Part shown: positions 18,940 to 27,821 of the stretch, one piece after another
How positions within the stretch are numbered: the first letter of the stretch is position 1
How the letters are laid out: every line of letters starts with the position of its first letter
Sequence record: DRR378314_99
Reading direction: 5' to 3' (one strand)
DNA length: 49,350 bases
Made by a program: the position numbers and the translations under genes
The notes under the pieces: generated by a model
What the model was told of the DNA's origin: nothing
Seen by the model: the letters and a program-made list of their open reading frames with translations, nothing else
Databases searched by the model: none

Positions 18940-20376
18940 ATGTATGATTCATTCGGACTTTTTATTAACGGCCAGTGGCGGCGCGCGTCCGACGGCGGCA
19001 CCTCAGACGTGCGCAGCCCAGTGACTGAGCAACCGATCGGCACCGCTCCTGCGGCAACTGTGGTCGACACCGAGGCTGCGGTTGTTGCTGCCGAAGGCGG
19101 CCTGAAGGCTTGGAGCGCCACGGCTGCGTTCACACGCGCCGATGCCCTCCATGCGGCTGCCGATGAAATGATCCACCGCACCTCCGAGGCGGGCAAATTG
19201 ATTGCCACCGAGACTGGCAAACCCATCGCTCAGGCTGAACGCGAGTGGGGTCTAGCAACGGATCAGTTTCGCTGGTACGCTGAAGAGGCCCGCCGCATCT
19301 ATGGCCGTATTGTTGAATCCCGCGTGCCCGGTGGCCGCTTTGAGGTGAGCCGCGAACCGGTTGGTGTTGTTGGTGCATTCACCGCTTGGAATTTCCCGGC
19401 CTTTCTGGTCGCGCGTAAACTGGCTCCGGCGCTGGCGGCGGGCTGTTCCGTTGTGCTGCGCCCGTCCTCACAAACACCAGGCACCGCGATGCTGATTGTG
19501 GATTGCCTGCGCGTTGGCAACCTGCCGGACGGAACTGTTAACCTTGTGGTGGGCGCGACCTCAAACACTTATGCTCCTGTTATGGCGGCAAAATCTGTTC
19601 GCAAAGTGTCTCTGACAGGATCGACCCGCGTGGGCCAGCAGATGATTGCGGATGCCGCCGCCACCGTGAAAAAAGTCTCGATGGAGCTCGGCGGGAACGC
19701 CCCGGCCATCATCTTTGACGACGCCGATATGGAAATGGCGCTGGATGTTTCCGTGGCAACTAAATTTGCCAATTGCGGTCAGGTCTGCGTGACGCCCGAT
19801 CGTTTCTTTGTGCATGACAGCCTACATGACGCCTTTGTCGAAGGCTTTGTGACACGCGCGAAGGCGCTGGTTCTGGGGGACGGGCTGAATCCGAACGTAC
19901 AGATGGGGCCGCTGATCAATCAGGGCGCGCTGAACACCGCTTTGGCAGCGATTGAAGACGCCGTTGCAGGGGGTGCAAAAATCGCCACCGGCGGTCAGCG
20001 TGACGCGGCGCAAAACGCCGGTCACTTTCTTGAGCCCACGGTTCTGACCAACGTATCAGATGATGCCCGCGTCTTTGCCGAGGAAAACTTTGGTCCCATC
20101 GCTGCAATAACCAGCTTTAGCGATGAAGAAGAGGTCATTGACCGCGCCAATGCCTCGGACATGGGGTTGTCTGCCTATTCATTCACGGCTTGTCCCGAAC
20201 GCGCCCGCCGCGTGGTGGCGGGGCTAAAATCCGGCATGGTCGGCATCAATTCCTATGCGTTGGCCGCATCCGAAGTGCCCTTTGGTGGCACCAATTTTTC
20301 AGGGTTAGGGCGCGAAGGCGGGCTGGAAGGGATCGAGGATTACCTCGACACCAAATTGGCGCAAATCGTTTTTTGA
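18940..20376 (+). CDS. NAD(P)-dependent aldehyde dehydrogenase, succinate-semialdehyde dehydrogenase (GabD)-like
   Basis: Motifs AWNFP, TGST, MELGG, NCGQVC, EENFGP and PFGG. Start at ATG 18940. Confidence 0.9.
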   Translation: MYDSFGLFINGQWRRASDGGTSDVRSPVTEQPIGTAPAATVVDTEAAVVAAEGGLKAWSATAAFTRADALHAAADEMIHRTSEAGKLIATETGKPIAQAEREWGLATDQFRWYAEEARRIYGRIVESRVPGGRFEVSREPVGVVGAFTAWNFPAFLVARKLAPALAAGCSVVLRPSSQTPGTAMLIVDCLRVGNLPDGTVNLVVGATSNTYAPVMAAKSVRKVSLTGSTRVGQQMIADAAATVKKVSMELGGNAPAIIFDDADMEMALDVSVATKFANCGQVCVTPDRFFVHDSLHDAFVEGFVTRAKALVLGDGLNPNVQMGPLINQGALNTALAAIEDAVAGGAKIATGGQRDAAQNAGHFLEPTVLTNVSDDARVFAEENFGPIAAITSFSDEEEVIDRANASDMGLSAYSFTACPERARRVVAGLKSGMVGINSYALAASEVPFGGTNFSGLGREGGLEGIEDYLDTKLAQIVF

Positions 20377-20386
20377 GGGGACGACG

Positions 20387-21199
20387 ATGATCAAGAACAA
20401 CATCAAGACACTTTGGTCCAAGGATCAGCCAGCGCTGAATGGCTGGCTTTCAATCGGTAATGCGTTCACCGCCGAGATCATGGCCGCTCAGGACTATGAT
20501 AGCATCACCATCGACATGCAGCATGGAGCGCTGGACTATTCTACCGCGCTGCCGATGATGCAGGCGATGCGCGCCAGCGGCAAAACCCTGATGGCGCGGG
20601 TGCCTTGGAACGATCCGGGCATCATCATGAAGGCGATGGATGCGGGCGCCTACGGCATCATCTGCCCAATGATCAATTCTCGCGCCGAGGCCGAGGCGCT
20701 GGTCTCCGCCATGCGTTACCCACCGCACGGCACACGCAGTTTTGGCCCTACGCGGGTGAACTTTGCCGCGGGGGCAGGCTATGCCAACGAAGCCAACGAC
20801 GAAATGTTGGTCATCGCGATGATCGAAACTGCTGAAGCCCTGGCCAACCTCGAAGATATCGTGACCACTCCGGGTCTGGATGCTGTCTATATTGGGCCTG
20901 CTGACCTGACGCTTGGAGTGATGCAGGGCACGTTGCCCCCCGGTTTTGACCGGCAAGAACCGGAGATGATCGAAGTCACTCAACGTATTCTTAAGGCCGC
21001 CAAAGATGCAGGAATACGGGCGGGCATCCATTGTGGCACGCCAGAATACGCCAGCCATGCGATAGGTTGGGGCTTTGACCTGACTACCATTTCCGGGGAC
21101 AGCCGCTTGTTGGCCGCTGCGGCTGAGGCAAGCGTTGGCAAGGCACGTGAATTGCTGGGAGCAGGTAGTGACCAACCCGCTAGTGATGGGGGCTATTGA
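20387..21199 (+). CDS. HpcH/HpaI class II pyruvate aldolase family protein
   Basis: Motifs DMQHG, ARVP, DAGAYGIICPM, YPPHGTRS, MIET and GPADL. Confidence 0.9.
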   Translation: MIKNNIKTLWSKDQPALNGWLSIGNAFTAEIMAAQDYDSITIDMQHGALDYSTALPMMQAMRASGKTLMARVPWNDPGIIMKAMDAGAYGIICPMINSRAEAEALVSAMRYPPHGTRSFGPTRVNFAAGAGYANEANDEMLVIAMIETAEALANLEDIVTTPGLDAVYIGPADLTLGVMQGTLPPGFDRQEPEMIEVTQRILKAAKDAGIRAGIHCGTPEYASHAIGWGFDLTTISGDSRLLAAAAEASVGKARELLGAGSDQPASDGGY

Positions 21200-22170
21200 T
21201 GCCACATATTCTGCTTGCCGGTAAGTTGCACTCCAGCGCCATTGTTTTGTTAGACTCAACCGAGGGCGTGACCTATGACCATGTCGAAGAGATCAACGTC
21301 GAGAGCTACGCGCCGCTGATGCGCAAGGCGGATGGTCTGGTCATCCGTACGCAGCCTTTGACGGCTGAAACCTTGGCGCTGGCCCCCAACCTGCAAATTG
21401 TATCACGCCACGGTGTCGGCTATGATGCTGTGGATGTTGAGGCCGTCAGTGCGCGTGGTCTTCCACTTGCCATCGTCGGCGATGTGAACTCACGTGCCGT
21501 GGCCGAGCACACGATGACCCTTCTGCTGGCGGCGTCGCGTCGCTTGCTGCGTTACGATGCGGCCTGCCGGGGCGGCCAGCCATGGGGTTATCGTAATTCA
21601 CTTGAGGCGCAAGAAGTGTACGGCAAGACGCTGCTGATCGTTGGCTATGGTCGGATCGGGCGTCAACTAGGGCGGCTGGCAGCCGCGTTCGGTATTTCCG
21701 TAGCCGTCCATGATCCTTACCTGCCAGCCGATGCCGATCTGACCGGCGTGACCCGTTGCGATGATCTGCCCGCCGCTCTTGCGCAGGCGGATTTTATTTC
21801 ATTGCATGTGCCAGCCACCGGCAAGCCTTTGCTTGGGGCGAAGGAAATTGCCACCCTAAAACCCAGCGCGGTAGTGTTGAATGCGGCGCGTGGTGGGCTG
21901 ATTGATGACGCGGCTCTGGCTCTGGCTTTGCGTGAAAACCGCCTGCTGGGTGCAGGTATCGACGTCTTTGCCGAAGAACCCCCGGCACCCGATCATGCCT
22001 ATGCAACCGTAGATACGGCGATCTTGACCCCTCATTCGGCGAGCATGTCGTTGGAGTGCGCCGAACGTATGGCCTTGTCTTCGGTGCAGAATGTGCTGGA
22101 TTATTTCAACGGACAATTGAATACGGATCTTGTTGTCAATCGGGATGCACTAATGGAACACGCGAAATGA
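21199..22170 (+). CDS. D-2-hydroxyacid dehydrogenase (SerA-like catalytic and NAD domains)
   Basis: Motifs RHGVGYD, AVAEH, GYGRIG, NAARGG, DVFAEEP and TPHSA; translationally coupled at both ends. Confidence 0.9.
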   Translation: MPHILLAGKLHSSAIVLLDSTEGVTYDHVEEINVESYAPLMRKADGLVIRTQPLTAETLALAPNLQIVSRHGVGYDAVDVEAVSARGLPLAIVGDVNSRAVAEHTMTLLLAASRRLLRYDAACRGGQPWGYRNSLEAQEVYGKTLLIVGYGRIGRQLGRLAAAFGISVAVHDPYLPADADLTGVTRCDDLPAALAQADFISLHVPATGKPLLGAKEIATLKPSAVVLNAARGGLIDDAALALALRENRLLGAGIDVFAEEPPAPDHAYATVDTAILTPHSASMSLECAERMALSSVQNVLDYFNGQLNTDLVVNRDALMEHAK

Positions 22171-23285
22171 AGGTAGGACTGATCGGTTCCGGTTTCATGG
22201 GGATGACACACACTTTTGGGTTCGCCACAGCCGAGCGGGTGTTCGACCTGCCTGTATCGTTTGAAATGGAGGTTCTGGCCGACATCACTATGGAGCAGGC
22301 CGAGGCCGCGCGTAAAAATCTTGGGTTTTCCCGCGCGACCGATAATTGGCGTGACCTGATTGATGATCCCTCGATTGATATCGTTGACATCACGGCCCCC
22401 AATGCGCTGCACAAGGAAATAGCATTGGCAGCGATTGCGGCAGGGAAACACGTCTATTGCGAAAAGCCTCTGGCGCCGCTGGCGGTTGATGCGCTTGAAA
22501 TGGCTGAGGCCGCCGAAGCCGCTGGCGTGAAGACCCAAGTCGGTTTTAACTATCTGATGAACCCGATGTTCAACGTCGCACGCGAGATGATTGCCGCTGG
22601 TGAGTTGGGCGCGATTTATTCCTATCGCGGCATTCATGCCGAGGAATACATGGCCGACCCCAACGGCCCGTGGACTTTTCGTCACGATCCAGCAGGCGGT
22701 GGCGCGCTGGCCGACATCGGAAGCCATGCGCTGGCCACGGCAGAGTTTCTGCTTGGCCCCATCGCGCGGGTCATGGGGGATTGCCGGACCCTGATCCCAG
22801 AGCGGCGGGACGCAAATGGTAACATGCGCAATGTTGAGGTCGATGACGTGACCCATGCCTTTATCGAGTTCGACAGTGGTATGTCCGGCTCCATTGAGGC
22901 CAATTGGGTTGCCTCAGGGCGCACGATGCAACATGATTTTGAGGTCTATGGCTCCAAGGGTGGGCTGCGGTTTAGTCAGGAACGTTTTAACGAATTGCAT
23001 TTCTTCAACGCCGGGGACCCCGATGGACGTCGCGGTTTCCGCCGGATAGAGGCCGCGCCTTCCCATGCGCCCTACGGGCGGTTCTGTGTTGCGCCTGGCC
23101 ACCAGATTGGCTTTAATGATCTCAAGGCGATTGAGATCAAGGGTTATGCCGACGCCATCGCCAATCTCGGACCCGAGCCGTTCAATTTCCGCGCGGGCTA
23201 TCGTATTCAGTCACTGGTTGAATCGATCCAGCGCTCCTCTGCGACCCGAGATTGGGTTGCCACGCCCTGTCCGCAAAGTTGTTAA
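22167..23285 (+). CDS. Gfo/Idh/MocA oxidoreductase, inositol dehydrogenase-like
   Basis: Motifs GSGFMG, CEKP, GFNY, DIGSH and GHQIGFNDLK. Start at ATG 22167, overlapping the upstream stop. Confidence 0.87.
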   Translation: MKVGLIGSGFMGMTHTFGFATAERVFDLPVSFEMEVLADITMEQAEAARKNLGFSRATDNWRDLIDDPSIDIVDITAPNALHKEIALAAIAAGKHVYCEKPLAPLAVDALEMAEAAEAAGVKTQVGFNYLMNPMFNVAREMIAAGELGAIYSYRGIHAEEYMADPNGPWTFRHDPAGGGALADIGSHALATAEFLLGPIARVMGDCRTLIPERRDANGNMRNVEVDDVTHAFIEFDSGMSGSIEANWVASGRTMQHDFEVYGSKGGLRFSQERFNELHFFNAGDPDGRRGFRRIEAAPSHAPYGRFCVAPGHQIGFNDLKAIEIKGYADAIANLGPEPFNFRAGYRIQSLVESIQRSSATRDWVATPCPQSC

Positions 23286-23398
23286 AGCCGTAGTAATAGT
23301 TTCTGAAGGAGTAGACGCGCCCGCTGGCTTCGATGTGCCATTGTGGGTTTGCAAACAACCTAAATTGAGGCTTCAGTCAATTGGTACACTGATGGAAT

Positions 23399-23803
23399 TT
23401 AGAGGCCCGCAGGATTGCCACGCATCAAGACGCTCCGGTCGGAAATCTCACCACTATTGCGCACCCAGTTGATTTGATTGCCGGAACGGTAGAACGTAAC
23501 ACAACGCTCTTTACCATTGCCGAACGTTCTCCAGCGTCGGCAATACTTATCACCTTCGACTCGCCACACACCTGCTTCAGTACGACCCTGATAAGCGATC
23601 GACATGGTGGAGGCCGTATCATAGTAGATTACATATTTACCGTCAGAATCTCTTCCATCAAGCGAGTTTCCGACCAAAGCGGCCTGGATTTCAGGGCCAG
23701 CCATTGCCTGGAACCCATTGGCCTCCAGTCTGTGAGCGGGCGGCGAGCAAGCGCCAAGGCTGACGGCAAACAGACACGCGATGGCACATTTTTTCACGGG
23801 CAT
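23399..23803 (-). CDS. Small lipoprotein (DUF995-like)
   Basis: Signal peptide with lipobox LGAC; motifs LVGNS, GVWRVEGDKYC..W and GNP. Confidence 0.7.
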   Translation of the reverse strand: MPVKKCAIACLFAVSLGACSPPAHRLEANGFQAMAGPEIQAALVGNSLDGRDSDGKYVIYYDTASTMSIAYQGRTEAGVWRVEGDKYCRRWRTFGNGKERCVTFYRSGNQINWVRNSGEISDRSVLMRGNPAGL

Positions 23804-24152
23804 GATGATACGCTTTCCTGTTTCATAACTGCTTAAAACGGACGTTGTGCAGTCTGAATACGCAACGTTTCTAAACCCTGATAGCCCCTAATTTGTTTTT
23901 CATCAGGAGTTTATTGGTTATTCATTCTCCAAAAGGTTCTAAGCTCAATCATGCGGGATATTACCGACTTCGAGCAGGATCACCCGCCCATAAACCGGCG
24001 TGTCCGGCGCCTGCGATGCTGACGCTTCGAATCCACGCCGTTGTAGAGGTGTTTAGATGCCAGAGGGGCAGTGAACCAGCCTCATTCCTGCCGTCCATTT
24101 ACTTCACGAGCACTATTAGCAATGTCGCAATACGGAACAAATATTGCACGTT

Positions 24153-25283
24153 TCAGGACGAGTGGAGTGCGTTCTCAATACTGCTCGTGTTTAAATTTCC
24201 CAGAAGAGGCTTTTCGTTCTTCAAATGTCGCTCAACAAGTTGATTTTGCTGTTTCCCATGTGGAATGTATCGTGCCGGTTCAATGGGGTAAGACAACTCT
24301 CCTACTTCCGGAAAAATTGTTTGTATTTCTTCCCAAGCCTCCGAGCTCAACGACTTCATGGCCACCGGGCCGGTTAACAAGCTTTCGGTAGGAGCACCTT
24401 CGGCGTGGATAATTTCATGATGATCAAACAAAAGGTGAAAATACTCTATATCTTTAACCGATACATCTACATAAATTCCCGGCAGTAATGTTAGTTTGAT
24501 TGCCGGTACCAAAACTTCTGATTTTCCAAACATCCGCTCGGTTATTCTTGACCGAACCAACATACGGTGCTGGCGCGAAACAAGCAGGTCACGCTCTGGC
24601 AGCCCACGTCCCAAAGACTTTGCTGTAATTCGGATTGGCTGGAGTTTAGAGTTGGTAGAAAGCTCATTAAAGTCCAGTTTTCGGTGGCCTATCCAGCGAA
24701 TCGGAAGCCGGACCCCCTTTGAATTAAGAACTTCGTCGCCGGTATTCAATTCGCATATTGGAATGTCTCCATGCGCTGTTAGTATTCTGGTTCCGCCGGC
24801 AAAACAGGTTACGAATTCAGTGGCATCAATGGGCTGTTGACCTGAACTGCCCGGACCTTCAACCGCAGAGATTATTTCCAAGGCAACACCGCGCGGCGGG
24901 AAGTTACCTACGAAAGCAAGTCCTTCAATCGTACCAAAAGCCGGCGATGAATTGACAATGTTTACTCCGACAACCTGATAGGTCTCTCCCGTACTATTGT
25001 CGCGAAGTACAAATTGATATTCTGCTTCTATGCGGGTGTTGTCTGCAAATAGAGTTCCGTCCAGTGTCTGTGCGCCGTCCAGCCGTTGATTGCCGTCATT
25101 ATCATCAAAGCTGGTGTCGGACCCACTGTCCGAAATATCAAGGGATGTAAGGGCACCAGCTCCCAGAGTCATGAACTCACCGACTAGGTGGGAGCCATCG
25201 CCCTGAGTAACGCCGTCCAGCCCGATACCGCCGGTTAGGGTAACCTCGCTTTCCGCCAAGACCGCTAGAGTGTAATTGGCCAA
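24153..25283 (-). CDS. Hint-domain (bacterial intein-like, Hint_2) protein
   Basis: TCFAGGTRILT..G..GDEV, VSRQHRML, YFHLLFDHHEII and AEGAPTES; TTG start behind an AGGAG RBS. Confidence 0.88.
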   Translation of the reverse strand: MANYTLAVLAESEVTLTGGIGLDGVTQGDGSHLVGEFMTLGAGALTSLDISDSGSDTSFDDNDGNQRLDGAQTLDGTLFADNTRIEAEYQFVLRDNSTGETYQVVGVNIVNSSPAFGTIEGLAFVGNFPPRGVALEIISAVEGPGSSGQQPIDATEFVTCFAGGTRILTAHGDIPICELNTGDEVLNSKGVRLPIRWIGHRKLDFNELSTNSKLQPIRITAKSLGRGLPERDLLVSRQHRMLVRSRITERMFGKSEVLVPAIKLTLLPGIYVDVSVKDIEYFHLLFDHHEIIHAEGAPTESLLTGPVAMKSLSSEAWEEIQTIFPEVGELSYPIEPARYIPHGKQQNQLVERHLKNEKPLLGNLNTSSIENALHSS

Positions 25284-25488
25284 CTAGCATACTCCTGTCA
25301 TTTATCACGGGCCGTGCAATGTTGGTTACATGGACCACCCAACCGGATGATGGTTATGTTCATATTGCCCGGCTCAATTCCCCAATATTTTCCGACAAGG
25401 TTTGAGGCAAATATAATTAAAACAAATCGAATTGGCTATGTCATGACTCAAACACTAGCGACGGTATTTCTCAGGCGTTTAGAGGATA

Positions 25489-25676
25489 CCATGTTTGCTG
25501 GGGTTTGAGGAGTACTTCGGCGACTGTGACGAATTTGCGAACGACTGCTATGATGATCGCTTTGCGCGGTTTGGCGGCGTCACGCAAACAGTCTTCAAAG
25601 ATATTAAAAATCTGGATTGTGATGGCTTGCGACGAGAGGGGCTTGGAACATGGCGTGCCGTATCTATCGCCGGAGC
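25489..25676 (-). pseudogene. IS110-family transposase C-terminal remnant
   Basis: Minus strand reads RR*IRHAMFQAPLVASHHNPD, then after a frameshift DCLRDAAKPRKAIIIAVVRKFVTVAEVLLKPQQTW. This matches the IS110 C-terminal pattern (ALxAxxxNP...KPxKxxxxAxxRK). Confidence 0.72.
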
Positions 25677-25767
25677 GAGCAAAACTTGGTGGTTATGCAG
25701 CGAGCTTTGAAATAGTTAGCCTACCGTCCAGAACAGCGGCCCTTGTGATAACAACGCGATGTGCATC

Positions 25768-26445
25768 TTACTGAGACCAACTCATGCATCGCCGTTTGCC
25801 CATTCGAGCGTTACCGGTATCGGCAACACAACCTTCTGTACGGGATGACGAAACCGCGAGGTGGTTTCGATGCAGATGACCGTAATCCACTAGCGCTTTA
25901 AGATTGCAGGAAAGGTAGGTGTAGAGCTCGTCGCGCCGGGCTTTGACACGTTTGGCGGTTGCTTTTAGGTCTTTGGTTTCGGCGCGAAAAGGATTGCGAG
26001 CAAAGGTGAGAATCTTGAGAATTGTCCATGCGATCATCACTTTGTCGTGCCACGGAGACCACCGCAACGTTTCTGCCAGTTGTTTAAAGAGTTGCGGGAG
26101 GCCCTCAAAGCCCCATGCTTGCAGAAGTCCTCGCACCGCGTTTTGGATATGTTGAACGTGCATCGATATGTGCCATCAATCTAGAATGTGGATGATGGAC
26201 CCTTGAACAGCCCGAAGCACCAGATTTGGCAGGGCTGGTTCGGCGTCTGAAATCACAGTCTCTTGGCTATTGCCGTCCCAGCCTTGCGGGATCAGGTCTT
26301 TCCTGAGTTCGTTTGCGGGAGGCTTGGTTGCTTGCTGCACAAGTCCAATGCGGCGACTAGAATTGGACCCTCAACTTTTCCAATCACAACATCAAGGTCG
26401 CGCTTCTGGTGTTCTGGTCTACATCGGATATGTGTACGTACTGAA
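25768..26445 (-). pseudogene. ISKra4-family transposase remnant
   Basis: Fragments HIRCRPEHQKRDLDVVIGKVE, VISDAEPALPNLV, HILD*WHISM and LYTYL..N..ALVDYG...SSSRTEG..RMGKRRCMSWS, broken by stops and frameshifts. Confidence 0.75.
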
Positions 26446-26687
26446 AACTGTTTGAAATCGCTTTTGGATGACATGTAGCATTGTTATATAAACGAATTCC
26501 AGAAGCTGATATGATCGAAGCGATTGTGTTTTCTCAACCACCATAGTTCACATGGACATTGCATTTCTTGAGCAGCATTCACCCTAGTCGCCGCGTCGTT
26601 ATTTTTGTGGCGTGACTTTCTGTCAGAAATTCAAATACCTTTGTAGCAAGATGGGTTAAATGAGGCGCAAGGTTAGGAACGTTTCAA

Positions 26688-27650
26688 TTGGGGGAATACA
26701 AAAAACATTTCACCTTTTTGATTGAATCCGGCTTCACAATGCAGGCCTTTTCGTCGGCGGTTGAGGTTCTTCGACTTGCCCGAAAGCTCAATGCTGAATT
26801 CCCGTTCTCCTACTCCGTCGCCTCTCTCGACGACGAGGCCGTTGCCGCATCCAACGAGATAAAGGTCTTGCCAAATTGCAATGTTGATGAGCTTCCCAAA
26901 ATGTCCATCATCGTCATTGTCGCGGGCGCAGGGGCCGGAAATAAACCAAATCCGGAAATGTCTGCGCGCCTTCGACGTTGGACGCGCGCAGGTCATCCGA
27001 TCTGGGGAATTTCGTCCGGCGTCGTGCGACTGGCTCAGGCAGGCTTGGTCGATGACTGCTCGGTTGCGGCTCATTGGGAAGATATTCCTTATCTCAGAGT
27101 TGATCACCCAAGAGTGCAGCTTGCCACATCTCTTTATATTTTAGACAGCAAGCATCCGACCTGTTCGGGTGGTGGTGCTGCCGCTGACCTTATGATGAGT
27201 TTCATTGCACGGTCAGGTCCGAAGGACTTTGTAAAAGAGATTGCTGCGCGTCTGATGATCGACGGAGTTCGGGATGGGCGGATGAAGCAATCGCTTCCAG
27301 CAGAGCTGCGTTATGTGACGTCAAACAAGACTGTGTTTGCCGCCATCCGTTTGATGGAAAAGCATTTATTTGACGCGTTGTCTCTACAGGAAATTGCGGA
27401 AAACGTCGGTATATCTATGCGACAGCTGGAACGGCTGTTTCAGGACGCATTTTCAAAGACACCCAAAGTCGTTTATCTGGAATTGCGCCTTGATGAGGCG
27501 CGGCAGGAAATTCTGGCTGGTCGGCGCTCAATTCGCGACATTGCACTGGACTATGGATTTGAAGCGGCAAATTTCACGCAAGTCTATCGTCGGTGTTTCG
27601 GTGTTGTGCCTTCAGAAGATAAGGCGCCACCTGATCAAGCCATGTCGTAA
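26688..27650 (+). CDS. GlxA-family (DJ-1 domain plus AraC HTH) transcriptional regulator
   Basis: Motifs FSSAVEVLR, LAQAGL, AHWE, TCSGG and SMRQLERLF...LRLDEAR; TTG start. Confidence 0.88.
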   Translation: MGEYKKHFTFLIESGFTMQAFSSAVEVLRLARKLNAEFPFSYSVASLDDEAVAASNEIKVLPNCNVDELPKMSIIVIVAGAGAGNKPNPEMSARLRRWTRAGHPIWGISSGVVRLAQAGLVDDCSVAAHWEDIPYLRVDHPRVQLATSLYILDSKHPTCSGGGAAADLMMSFIARSGPKDFVKEIAARLMIDGVRDGRMKQSLPAELRYVTSNKTVFAAIRLMEKHLFDALSLQEIAENVGISMRQLERLFQDAFSKTPKVVYLELRLDEARQEILAGRRSIRDIALDYGFEAANFTQVYRRCFGVVPSEDKAPPDQAMS

Positions 27651-27821
27651 TTCGTGTATTTCAATGTCGAGAATGATTTGTCCGGCTTTAGCATTGGTTG
27701 CTAATTCTGCACAAGGAATTGAAGAGCTCTGATTGAGGCAGAGCATTGAAACGCCGGCAATGGTCTTGGGTCTTTTTGGAGGGGCTCATGCTCAGGGCAC
27801 TGAATTCAACGGGGATTCGTT

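Noticed and set aside
23893-24152. Possible ncRNA or small ORF between the lipoprotein and Hint genes
   Set aside because: I could not recognise any riboswitch, tRNA or protein motif or a convincing structure; an Rfam search would be needed.
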